Origin: a bacterium
Lineage (GTDB): Bacteria; Verrucomicrobiota; Verrucomicrobiia; Limisphaerales; J093
Direction of reading: 5' to 3'
Assembly (NCBI GenBank): GCA_021780105.1
Contig: JAJXZJ010000059.1
Span: 3,230-67,229, forward strand
DNA: 64,000 nucleotides
The stretch's first letter is position 1, and every line of letters begins with the position of its first letter. Position numbers and translations under genes: made by a program. Below the pieces are notes generated by a model. The model saw only the letters and a program-made list of their open reading frames with translations, was not told where the DNA came from and ran no database searches. Positions 26,464 to 35,839 of this stretch are shown piece by piece.

Positions 26464-27804
26464 ATGCCTCGTTCAATCGAAACGACGTGCGGGAGAAACC
26501 GGGTCGTTATTTCCGACACCGCGTTACGGGTTCGATGCGCACCGCGACCAATCGCTGGGTTCCTTGGCGCGCTCTGCCTGGCAGTCGGCGTCCATGCCGG
26601 ACTGTCCCCCACGCCGGTCACGCTTTCCTTGACCCGCGCCGGCGATGTGCTGCAGTTGTCGTGGCCGACTCAATCCGCCGTCACCAATTTGGGATGCACT
26701 CCGATCTATCCCGCCTACGTGGTGCAGGCCAGCACCGATCTTGCCTATTGGTGGGATACCAAGGTGCTGATTCCTCAGCGGGTGGCTGGTCCTGCCATCA
26801 CCATCCAAACCAACTTTCAGACAATTCCCTTCTTGACCAACCTGTTTCTGCGGGTGCGGTGTGACCTGAAACTGGCCGGCGCCGATCTTTCCGGGGCGGA
26901 CTTTCATGGCGTTGATTTCACCGGGGAGAATCTGGCTGGAACCGTGTTCGACAACGCGCGGCTGGAGGGCGCCCGGTTCAACACGGCCGATCTCCGGGGC
27001 GCACGAATGAATTCCGTCAAGGCGTCCGGCGCGAGCTTCGACGACGCGCGCATGCAATCCCTGGCCGCCGCCACCGCCGATCTGCCCGGCACCTCCTGGC
27101 AGCGGGTTGTGCTGGACGGCGTGGACTTCAGCGGCGCCAACCTGACCAACGTGAATTTCGCAGGCCTGAGTCTGGTGGGGACGGAGTTCGATGACGCCGT
27201 GCTCATCAAATCGGTTTTCGACGGGGCGAATCTCAACGGCGCGCATTTGAACGGTGCCTCCGCGTCGGACGCCTCGTTTGTGAGTGCGCAGGCGGCAGAC
27301 ATCGAGCTTGCCGGCGGCGATTTCCGGCGCGTGTATTGGAACCACGCCGTGATGACTTCCGCACAACTGGACAACGCCAACATGGAGCAGGCGGATTTCA
27401 ACTCGGTGAACCTGACCTCGGCGAGTCTCCAAGCGGCGCACTTCTCGCGAGCCCAATTCTCGGGGACGGTTTTGAGTTACGCGAACTGTCTTCAGGCTGA
27501 CTTCAGTGATGCGCTGTTCAACGGCGCACAACTCAGTTTTGGCTCCTTCCATGGAGCCAACCTGAGCAATACGGATTTTGACCAAGTGGATGCAGAGTCC
27601 GCGGATTTCTACGGCGCAATCATGAACAGCACACAGATTCAAGATTCCAACTTCTCGCTAAGCGATTTCCGGGTGAGCAATCTGTCCGATTCGGAGTTCC
27701 AGCGGACATACTTCCGCTACTGCGACTTCCGTGGCGCCAACATGGATGATGTCGTGGCGTGGAACTGTGATTTCACGGGCGCGCAATTCTGGGGGTCGCC
27801 CTGA
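26464..27804 (+). CDS. Secreted pentapeptide-repeat protein with an N-terminal beta-rich domain
   Basis: ATG at 26464. Hydrophobic signal (IAGFLGALCLAVGVHA). About 300 aa of A(D/N)LxG-type pentapeptide repeats follow (ADLSGADFHGVDFTGENLAGTVFDNARLEGARFNTADLRGARM...). Confidence 0.85.
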   Translation: MPRSIETTCGRNRVVISDTALRVRCAPRPIAGFLGALCLAVGVHAGLSPTPVTLSLTRAGDVLQLSWPTQSAVTNLGCTPIYPAYVVQASTDLAYWWDTKVLIPQRVAGPAITIQTNFQTIPFLTNLFLRVRCDLKLAGADLSGADFHGVDFTGENLAGTVFDNARLEGARFNTADLRGARMNSVKASGASFDDARMQSLAAATADLPGTSWQRVVLDGVDFSGANLTNVNFAGLSLVGTEFDDAVLIKSVFDGANLNGAHLNGASASDASFVSAQAADIELAGGDFRRVYWNHAVMTSAQLDNANMEQADFNSVNLTSASLQAAHFSRAQFSGTVLSYANCLQADFSDALFNGAQLSFGSFHGANLSNTDFDQVDAESADFYGAIMNSTQIQDSNFSLSDFRVSNLSDSEFQRTYFRYCDFRGANMDDVVAWNCDFTGAQFWGSP

Positions 27805-27923
27805 GCGGCCGGCGCGTAGCCAACCCGCCACCGGTCGGTGCCCGGTTCCGAGCCGCCGCCAACAGCCGGCTATTCTGGTTGGCGCCGCCAACGACGCCGC
27901 TCAACAGCTTGTTTTGTCCAGCT

Positions 27924-28232
27924 TCACCTCGCGCGGAAAATCCAGTAGATGCTGATCATGTGGGCGAGCACGACGGGCACGCCGATCAGCGCGATGGTCA
28001 GCATGATGCCCAAGGTTTTCGGCGAGGAGGCGGCGTTGTAGATCGTGAGGCTGTGTTCGGGCGCCGGATTGCTGAACACCAGGTCGGGGAACATTTCCAG
28101 GCCGAACAGTCCCATCAGCGCGAGCATGGCGAGGCAGGCCCAAGGGAATCCCGCATGACGGGCCACCCTGCGCCGCATGATGGAATTCCACGGGGCTTTG
28201 CGCGGGCAAAGACTTCCGGCCTCGGCGGCCAT
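27924..28232 (-). pseudogene. cydB: 3' remnant of cytochrome bd oxidase subunit II
   Basis: ...GLEMFPDLVFSNPAPEHSLTIYNAASSPKTLGIMLTIALIGVPVVLAHMISIYWIFRAR matches the extreme C-terminus of CydB. Only about 85-100 codons are present and there is no cydA. Confidence 0.65.
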
Positions 28233-28276
28233 CGCCGAGCTGGTGGAGCCGCGCTTCGTTCAAACGTTGCCGGACC

Positions 28277-30604
28277 TCACCGTAATTCCAGCCGGACGAA
28301 GAGCCAAACTTTGAACCAGTCGAGCGCGAAGAAATAAACCACCGCGGCACCCGCGACGGCGGCGAGCAGCCACGGACTGATGGCCGGAAAGTGAAGGCCG
28401 GCCAGCGTCATGAACGCCGTCACGCCCAGTGCCAGCACCGTGCTCCAGAGCATGGCGCGGCTTGGACGCGACACCCAACAGTGTCCGCGTTCACGCAGCA
28501 GATAGACGCCCGCCTGCACGCCCAGGATGACCGTGGCAAAGGTGAGCGATTGCAGATGCGGCGTGTCGAGATCCAGCGCGTAACGCCCGAGCACGAACAC
28601 GCCAAAGGTGAAGACCAGCCGCAGTAATCCGATCACGACTCCCGCGATGACAATCGGCCGCGTGCGCCACCGGTTCGGCTGCAACGAGACGCTCATGCGG
28701 TCGGTCGTCAGCGCCATCGTCAGGAAGTCGTTGAGGAAAATGATGAGCACCATCAGCAGCGGCGTGAGCGGTTGATGGCCGGTGAGGAGAAAACCCGCGA
28801 CGAGCAGGAGCATCAGCTCGATTTTCTTCGAAAGCATGTTCAACGTGTAAGTGAGCATTCGTTGAAACACCCGCCGGCTGGTTTCGATGGCGGGCAGCAC
28901 ATCGCCCAGTCCCGGCTTGGTCAGGACGATGGCGGCGGCCGCCTTGGCCACGTCGGTCGCATTGGCCACGGCGACTCCGGCCTCGGCCTGGCGCAGCGCG
29001 GGCGCGTCGTTCACGCCGTCGCCGCTCATGCCCACAACCGCGCCCTGGCGTTGAAAGCCGCGCACCAGCCTGAATTTGTCCTCGGGGAAAACGCCCGCGA
29101 ACACGCTGTTCTCCAGCACGGCGCCGCTGAGATCGCCATGGATTGTTTCGGGCGGACAGACCTTCGGTGCGAGGCCGACCTGCTCCGCGACGGCGCTGGC
29201 GGTGAGCGCGTTGTCACCCGTGACCATCACCACGCGGACGCCCGCGTCGTGGATGGCTTTCACCACGGCGCGCGAGTCGGCGCGCACGGCGTCTTCCAGA
29301 CCGATCAAACCGGCAAACCGCAGCGACCCGTCACCGCCGGCCGCCACCCCGAGCACGCGCTGGCCGCGCGCGGCAATCTCCTGCGCCGGTGGCTGCCACG
29401 CGGATTCCGGCACGCCGCAGAGCTGCGCAATGACGGCGGGCGCGCCCTTCGTGTAGCGGCGCACGCCGTCCGCCTCACGGTAGGTGGCCTCGGCACGTTT
29501 CGTCGTGGGGTCAAACGGTTTGAACTCGACCTGCGCCGCGCCGTCCTCCGTCAGTGACTTTGCTTTCGCCGCGCGCACCATCGCGCCATCCACCGGGTCC
29601 TGCCCCGCCGGATCGCTCGCGCGCCACGCGGCGCGCAGCAATTGTTCCTCCGTGAACCCGTCCGCCGGGCGCAGCGTGGTGACGGTGGCCTCATTGCGCG
29701 TCAGGGTTCCGGTTTTGTCGCTGCACAAAACCGTCATCGAGGCGATGTCGTGCAGCGCGCTCAGGCGCGTCACGAGCACGCCGAGCTTCGACAACTCGAC
29801 CGACCCGAGCGCGGCGGCCAGCGTGAACGTCGCCGGCAACGCCACGGGGATGGACGCGAGCAGGATCGTCAGCATCAACGGAAGCGTCTGCGCGAGCGTC
29901 ATGCCCTCGGCGTGGGCGAAGCCAAGCACCACGACAACCAGGCCGGCGTTGAGCACGAACAAATCGCGCACGACGCGCACGATCTCGTGCTCCTGGCGGT
30001 TGGCGGAGTGGGCGCCGCGGACCAGTTCCGCCGTCTTGCCGAAAAACGTGCGCGTGCCGGTCGCCGTGACCACACCGGCCGTTTCGCCGCCGCGCACCAT
30101 CGCGCCGGCGTAGGCGATCTTGCCCGACGGGATCTGGACGGCGGCGGACTCACCCGTGAGCGCCGACTGGTCCAGCAGCAGCGAACCGCCCGCCAGCCGG
30201 ACATCCGCCGGCACGATGCCTCCCTGCCGCAGATGAATGACATCGTCCGGCACCAAAGCTTCCGCGCTGATGGTTTTCCACCCGCCGTCGCGCCGCACGC
30301 GCGCCTGGACGTGCAGTTGCTGGCGCAACAAGGCGAGCGCCTTCTGCGCCCGGCCTTCCTGCAAGAAACCGAGCACGGCGTTCAGGACGAGCAATCCGGC
30401 GATGACGCCGGCCTCGACCCGCTCGCCGAGGAAAAGCTGGATGATGATGGTCGCTTCGAGCAACCAGGGAATGGGCGTCCAGAACCGGCGCAGGAAGAGT
30501 CGCACCGGGTGCGGTTGCTCCTCGCGCACTGCGTTCGGGCCAAATTGCAGCAACCGGGCTTTCGCTTCCGCCGAGGTGAGACCGGGATAATCTTGTTCGC
30601 TCAC
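28277..30604 (-). CDS. P-type ATPase, plasma-membrane H+/Mg2+ (P3-like) type
   Basis: 775 aa with a GTG start. TGES, CSDKTGTLTRNE, MVTGDN and GDGVNDAPAL motifs are present. N-terminus reads GLTSAEAKARLLQFGPNAV. Confidence 0.9.
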   Translation of the reverse strand: MSEQDYPGLTSAEAKARLLQFGPNAVREEQPHPVRLFLRRFWTPIPWLLEATIIIQLFLGERVEAGVIAGLLVLNAVLGFLQEGRAQKALALLRQQLHVQARVRRDGGWKTISAEALVPDDVIHLRQGGIVPADVRLAGGSLLLDQSALTGESAAVQIPSGKIAYAGAMVRGGETAGVVTATGTRTFFGKTAELVRGAHSANRQEHEIVRVVRDLFVLNAGLVVVVLGFAHAEGMTLAQTLPLMLTILLASIPVALPATFTLAAALGSVELSKLGVLVTRLSALHDIASMTVLCSDKTGTLTRNEATVTTLRPADGFTEEQLLRAAWRASDPAGQDPVDGAMVRAAKAKSLTEDGAAQVEFKPFDPTTKRAEATYREADGVRRYTKGAPAVIAQLCGVPESAWQPPAQEIAARGQRVLGVAAGGDGSLRFAGLIGLEDAVRADSRAVVKAIHDAGVRVVMVTGDNALTASAVAEQVGLAPKVCPPETIHGDLSGAVLENSVFAGVFPEDKFRLVRGFQRQGAVVGMSGDGVNDAPALRQAEAGVAVANATDVAKAAAAIVLTKPGLGDVLPAIETSRRVFQRMLTYTLNMLSKKIELMLLLVAGFLLTGHQPLTPLLMVLIIFLNDFLTMALTTDRMSVSLQPNRWRTRPIVIAGVVIGLLRLVFTFGVFVLGRYALDLDTPHLQSLTFATVILGVQAGVYLLRERGHCWVSRPSRAMLWSTVLALGVTAFMTLAGLHFPAISPWLLAAVAGAAVVYFFALDWFKVWLFVRLELR

Positions 30605-31003
30605 TTGGCCAAGATACCTTCATCGCGACATAAGAGCCAATCCGAGGAGAACGCATGTGATCAAACCGGGTTAGGTCCAGGGACCAACAGCCTCGGTGGT
30701 TTTCAGTAGGCTTGGCGCAGTCTTTCCAATTCCGGGCGCAACGGCAGCCAGTTTTGCCGGTCACGTTCGCGTTTGGTGGATTCCCCGGGCCGTCAACTTG
30801 CGCTCCAATCCGTTGAGTTCGCCAGGCCTGGTATGGGGAAACAGTGGCCGCTTCAGCGCCGACGGCCAGAACCGGTGTCAGGCCGATGCCACCCGGCCCG
30901 TTCGCCGCCAGCCCGTTCTTCCGCGGCTGCATCATGGGCCACGCATAACAGGTTCCAGCCTGGCTGCAATTCTCCGAGCCTGGAGCGCGGGCGGGCGCGG
31001 AAG

Positions 31004-32341
31004 TTACGGCTGCCCAAAAATCAAATACAGCGGGCTTTCATCCACCTGAACGTTCACCTGTCCGGTGCCGTCCCGGGTGACGGGCGGGCGGGCGGGAGGA
31101 TCGGCGGCGCGTGGCATCCTTTGCGCGTCCACGAGCTGGCCGGGAAGGTTGGCGAGCGTCGCGGTGAAACGCCTTCCTTCACCGGTCGGCGACCACATGG
31201 CCCAAATGATGTTGGTTGAGTCGTTCCGATATTCCTGCACGCGCAAGCGGCCGGGTTCATCGGTGACGATGCGGTGGAAACGATACTCTCCCAGCACGAG
31301 CTGCAAATGAGCCAGTGCATGGTAGGCGGGTTTCGGCTGGAAATGCCGCGTGATCCCGGCGCTGGCATGGACGCCGGGTTGATCGTCGTCGTTGAAAAAA
31401 TAAATGCAGGCGCGCTCGACCGGCATCGCTGAAAACACAAGCAGTGAACGCACGAGCCATTGCGCCTGCTGGGTGTCGGTCACCCCAATCCAGCGGGCAA
31501 AATCCCCCGTCTTTGCCGGTGGCTTCGTGCTGCTGTCGTAGCCGAATTCGGTGATCCAGACCGGCTTGCCCGGCGCGTGCGCATCCCGCCACCGGCAGAG
31601 CGCTTCCACATCTTGAAGGTGGCGCGGCAGCTTCGGATCTTCGGGAAAGCTCTGGCGCCACGTCGGCCAGCCTTCGAGTTGGGCGTAGGTGTGAAGGTTC
31701 AGCACGTCGAACAATTCGGGAAACGGCGCCACGCAAGTCACGCTCTTCTCGTAAGCGCCGCTTTTGCCGGTCGTGAGATTGCACGTCACGATCTTCAATT
31801 TCGGATCACCGGTCCGGACACCCTCCGCCATGGCCTTGAACAGGCGCGTGTAGTCCGCGTCACTCCATTTGCCCGGCTCGTTGCCGATTTCTACCGCATC
31901 CACGAGCTTCCGCTTGCCCGACGGTCCGAATTTCTCGGCGGTGGATTTGCCATAAGCCCTGGCATCTGATTCGAGGTCTTTCCAGTCTGCCCGTTTTACG
32001 GTCTCAAACATCAGACAGGCATCAATGTTCCAGCCTTTCGCCCGCCACGAACCATAGACGTGGTTCCAGTCCACGCCGTTTTTGGCGAGGGGGAACGCAG
32101 GCAATTCCGCCGGATTCCCGCCCAGATCCCATTGGACCGGATGATAATCGCGCACCAACCCGCACACGGGCCGGTAAAGCTCCGGTTTGAACTGCACGGT
32201 GTGGCCATTGATCCCGATGAAATCACGCATCAGCGGCCGCGCCTCCTTCGCCGGCGCGGGAAGCGCCCCCGCCCAGAGCGCTGCGAGACAGATGGCCAGG
32301 CCTGGTGGCATACCGCAAAGGAACGATTTTTGAGACGACAT
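31004..32341 (-). CDS. Secreted clan GH-A (TIM-barrel) glycoside hydrolase
   Basis: ATG at 32341 with a signal peptide. VEIGNEPG (acid/base Glu) and VWITEFGYD (nucleophile Glu). The GH family number was not determined. Confidence 0.7.
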   Translation of the reverse strand: MSSQKSFLCGMPPGLAICLAALWAGALPAPAKEARPLMRDFIGINGHTVQFKPELYRPVCGLVRDYHPVQWDLGGNPAELPAFPLAKNGVDWNHVYGSWRAKGWNIDACLMFETVKRADWKDLESDARAYGKSTAEKFGPSGKRKLVDAVEIGNEPGKWSDADYTRLFKAMAEGVRTGDPKLKIVTCNLTTGKSGAYEKSVTCVAPFPELFDVLNLHTYAQLEGWPTWRQSFPEDPKLPRHLQDVEALCRWRDAHAPGKPVWITEFGYDSSTKPPAKTGDFARWIGVTDTQQAQWLVRSLLVFSAMPVERACIYFFNDDDQPGVHASAGITRHFQPKPAYHALAHLQLVLGEYRFHRIVTDEPGRLRVQEYRNDSTNIIWAMWSPTGEGRRFTATLANLPGQLVDAQRMPRAADPPARPPVTRDGTGQVNVQVDESPLYLIFGQP

Positions 32342-33038
32342 GATCGGACCGTAAAGCGCCGCGCTCAAAAATTGAATCCTGCATTAAACGAGATCGCGGG
32401 TGGCGAATTCGGCAGCCATCCGGTATCCCGGCCGCTCTTCCATCAAGCCGCGATCAGCACTCCACAGTCACCAGGCATCGTTCGTCATGGTGTTGCTCCA
32501 CTGGCGGCGGTCACCGAATACTCGCCTTCCTCCGACTACACCAAGGTTTAGCAGCACCGCATCGCCGAATGGCTCCAGGCTCTGCGTCGGCTGCCAACTC
32601 CAGCGCCAGTCGTCGTCATGCTTGATGACGAAGAAACAATGTGGAAGGCGCGGCCCGCGCGGGTCCCGCGTTTGACTGGTGCGCACTGACTTCACCATGA
32701 AGGACGTGAGACCGGAGGGCTTCGCGGCGGACCGCCGCCTTGGAAAAGATCCTCGGAGACAGTGACGACCTGGAGCTGAAGTTCACGCCGTTGCACAACC
32801 AACGCGACGGCCTCAGTAAGAAGCTCAACGCAGGGAACGTGCGGGTCCAGAGCGGGATGAAGGGCTGTTCTGGAAAGTCACCAAATTGTGTGGCCAAGGT
32901 TTGGCTCCGCTGGCGGGCTGGCCGCCCGCCGTAACGGGCCAATGGCCCATTCCACCCGGATTTCCACGGCCTCGTTCCGGCCTGGAGAAACCGGCCTCGT
33001 GTGGTCCGCCCCGTCGCAGGGTTCAGGAAAATCCGGAT

Positions 33039-35360
33039 CTAATTCAGCACTGCCGTTGCCTGGTCCAGACGGTCACTGTAGGCGTCCAGCGCCCTGGCCA
33101 CGATGGTCACGAAACGGTCCACCTCCGCCCAGCGGCGCTGTTCGATGGCCTCGCGGACGCCCGGCAGCGTCTTCACGCCGTAACCCGTCTGAAGGCCGGG
33201 GGCGTAGATCATGTGCCGGTACCATTCGCGGCCGGGCAGTCCCGCGGGATCAAGGAGGGTTTGCTCCAGACCCTGGAGCAGGCCATTCACCCGGCCAAGC
33301 TGCTCCGCGCCTGGCTTTGCGTCCGCGCGCAACGCGTGTGCGCAAGCGTCGTCGCCAAGGCGGGCGCTGCGTTTGAGCCGCGCCAGGGCGTTGTCGAGCG
33401 GAGCGAAATTGATGAACGGCACGTCGTCCTCGCGCTCCGGCGGCACATAGGTTTTGGCCGGATCGGCGGCGAGACGGAAGGCATTCGCCTGGAGCAACTG
33501 GTGTTGCCGTTCCGTGTCCTCGCGCATCGTGTCGGCCAGCTTGTGCAGTTCGCCGGCATAGCGGCCGACGGTGTTCGCAAAATCACTGAACCGCATCGGC
33601 AGCAGGTCCGCGTCCGCCACGCGCATGATCACGTGGCCGGTGGTTTCGGCCAGCGCCACGCCATACATGAAGTGCGGGTCGCCAAACCGCAAGAAGTGAT
33701 CGAACGAATCGTAATCGGAGTGATAGATCCCGCCGTCCTGATCCTCGCCCCCGTAGCCGAGGTCCAGCGAGGCGATGCCGACATGCTGCAGGAACGGGGT
33801 GTAATCCGAGCCAGAACCCAGCGCGCCAATGGGAAAACCCGTGCCCTCCGCAACCTCCCTGGCCCGCCGCCGGGCCGCATCGTCGGCGCTTTTGGCAGCG
33901 CCGGCGACCTGGATTTTCGCCCGCTCTCGCTGCAGCACTGTCCCGCCGGTTTCCGGATCGCGCACGCCACCGGCCACCTGACCTACGAGCGTCTGGAAGT
34001 CGTGGCTGCCGCCCGCGTCCAGATAGCCGCGTCCGTTGCTGTCCGAGTTCACGTAGAGCACGGCGTTGTGGCGCAATTCATCGGCGTGCGTTTCCACCCA
34101 TTCCGTCGAGCCGAGCAATCCCGGCTCCTCGCCATCCCAGCTCGCATAGACCAGCGTGCGCCGGGGCCGCCAACCCTCCTTGACCAGCGCGCCGAGGGCC
34201 TTCGCTTCGGCCATCAGGGCGACATTGGCCGAGAGCGGATCCCACGCGCCGAAAACCCAACCATCATGGTGATTGCCGCGAATGACCCATTGGTCCGGAT
34301 ACTCGGTGCCCTTCAGGGTCGCAATGACGTCGTAGATCGGCTTCAGGCTCCAGTCGCAGGCCACCGCGAGATGCACCTTCGCCGGGCCGGGGCCAAGGTG
34401 ATACGTGATGGGCAGACCGCCGCGCCAGGCGGCCGGCGCCACCGGGCCGTCCAACGCCGCGAGCAACGGTTGCGCGTTGGCATAAGCAAGGGGCAGCACG
34501 GGAATCTTGAGGAGGGTCTTCGCGGCTTCGCGGGCGAGCCGCGGGGCGTCCTTGGTCGCGCCCACGTCGGGCGTCAGAGGATCGCCCGGATAAACCGGCA
34601 TGTCCGCGACCGAACCGCGTTGCACGCCTTCCGGGGGGCGGAAACCGCCTTTCGGATACACGTCGCCGGCGGAGTAACCGTCATCGCGCGGGTCGGAATA
34701 GATGAGACAGCCGATCGCGCCGTGTTCCTGGGCCAGCTTGGGCTTGAGGCCGCGCCACCCGCCGCCGTAGCGCGCGATCACAATCCGGCCCTTGACGCTG
34801 ATGCCATGACGGTCCAGTTCCTTGTAATCGTCCGGCATGCCCTGGTTCACATAGACCAGTTCCGCGGTGACATCGCCGTCCGCGCCGTAGGCGTTGTAAG
34901 GCGGGAGCGCGTGCCGAGTCCGATCCGAGGTGCGGTCGCCGCTCACGGGCGGTTCTTCCAGGCTGGCGGTGAAGCCCGTTGGCGCGACCATTTCCAGCAC
35001 GCGCCGGGTGGGCGTGGGGAAGAGCACGTCAAACGTTTCGAGGTGCGCGTCCCAGCCCCATTCGCGAAATTGGGCGAGCATGAACTCGGCGTTCGCGCGG
35101 TCGTGCGGCGCGCCGACGTGATTGGGTTCGGCCGACATCCGTTCCAGCCACGCGCGCTGATCGGCGGCGTCCAGGTGGGTGTCAAACTTGCGCTCCCAGT
35201 TTTGCTCGTTGGTGGCCTGCGCCGCGGTGAACCCCAGCATCGGCGGCGGCGTTTCGGGCGAGGCGCCGGCGAAGGCGGCGGGGGCGATCAGGGTGGCGCC
35301 CACCAGACACGCCAAGAGAATGTGTTCGCGGGTTGCTTTCCAAGAAGGACTTCTTCGCAT
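33039..35360 (-). CDS. M28 family peptidase with PA and transferrin-receptor-like dimerisation domains (glutamate carboxypeptidase II-like)
   Basis: ATG at 35360 with a signal peptide. RGNHHDGWVFGAWDPLS, ASWDGEEPGLLGSTEWVE and GSGSDYTPFLQHVGIASLDL are present, followed by a C-terminal helical dimerisation domain. Confidence 0.9.
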   Translation of the reverse strand: MRRSPSWKATREHILLACLVGATLIAPAAFAGASPETPPPMLGFTAAQATNEQNWERKFDTHLDAADQRAWLERMSAEPNHVGAPHDRANAEFMLAQFREWGWDAHLETFDVLFPTPTRRVLEMVAPTGFTASLEEPPVSGDRTSDRTRHALPPYNAYGADGDVTAELVYVNQGMPDDYKELDRHGISVKGRIVIARYGGGWRGLKPKLAQEHGAIGCLIYSDPRDDGYSAGDVYPKGGFRPPEGVQRGSVADMPVYPGDPLTPDVGATKDAPRLAREAAKTLLKIPVLPLAYANAQPLLAALDGPVAPAAWRGGLPITYHLGPGPAKVHLAVACDWSLKPIYDVIATLKGTEYPDQWVIRGNHHDGWVFGAWDPLSANVALMAEAKALGALVKEGWRPRRTLVYASWDGEEPGLLGSTEWVETHADELRHNAVLYVNSDSNGRGYLDAGGSHDFQTLVGQVAGGVRDPETGGTVLQRERAKIQVAGAAKSADDAARRRAREVAEGTGFPIGALGSGSDYTPFLQHVGIASLDLGYGGEDQDGGIYHSDYDSFDHFLRFGDPHFMYGVALAETTGHVIMRVADADLLPMRFSDFANTVGRYAGELHKLADTMREDTERQHQLLQANAFRLAADPAKTYVPPEREDDVPFINFAPLDNALARLKRSARLGDDACAHALRADAKPGAEQLGRVNGLLQGLEQTLLDPAGLPGREWYRHMIYAPGLQTGYGVKTLPGVREAIEQRRWAEVDRFVTIVARALDAYSDRLDQATAVLN

Positions 35361-35839
35361 AACGATTAGCACAGCCGTTTCAAACGGTTAAGATGCGGGG
35401 GCGCGCCGTCTTTGACGAACCTTTTCTGCCGGTTCGCACCAGGGAGCTTGAACCCCGTATCGTTCACGTCGCGGCGGTCGGCCACGCCTTCTCCTGTTTC
35501 GGCAGATGCGGGTGAACCGCGACGGGAATGTGGTTTGCCGTGGTGGCCGCAAGCGCGCCGGATGTTCTTCGACGGCCTCCGCAGCGAGCGCGCCGCGTGG
35601 CAAGTAATTTTCACTTCACGCCTCGAACTTCGCCCTGTCCTGCCGCGTCGTCGGGCAGCCGGCAGCGCAAAGCCTCAAGACTGCCGGCGACATAACTGGC
35701 CCCCCTCGACATTGCCAGGACCACCTTACACTCGGCGTCGCGGCGTTCAGGTTTGCGTCGCCCGGCAACCCGCTCGTGACGTTCCGGGGCCGGTTTTGCC
35801 TTGTTCCACTGCCGTCTGGTATTTACGCTTCCGGACACC

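Noticed and set aside
30605-31003. A riboswitch (for example an M-box) in the 400-nt region upstream of the P-type ATPase, and ORF 30150..30935
   Set aside because: The only GTTAGGT-like string is on the wrong strand for a leader of this minus-strand gene. I could not recognise the conserved M-box helices by eye. The ORF overlaps the ATPase N-terminus out of frame and has no motifs. A covariance-model scan would be needed to settle the question.
32886-35369. 827-aa plus-strand ORF
   Set aside because: It is antisense to the M28 peptidase gene and has low-complexity Arg/Gly/Ala composition.
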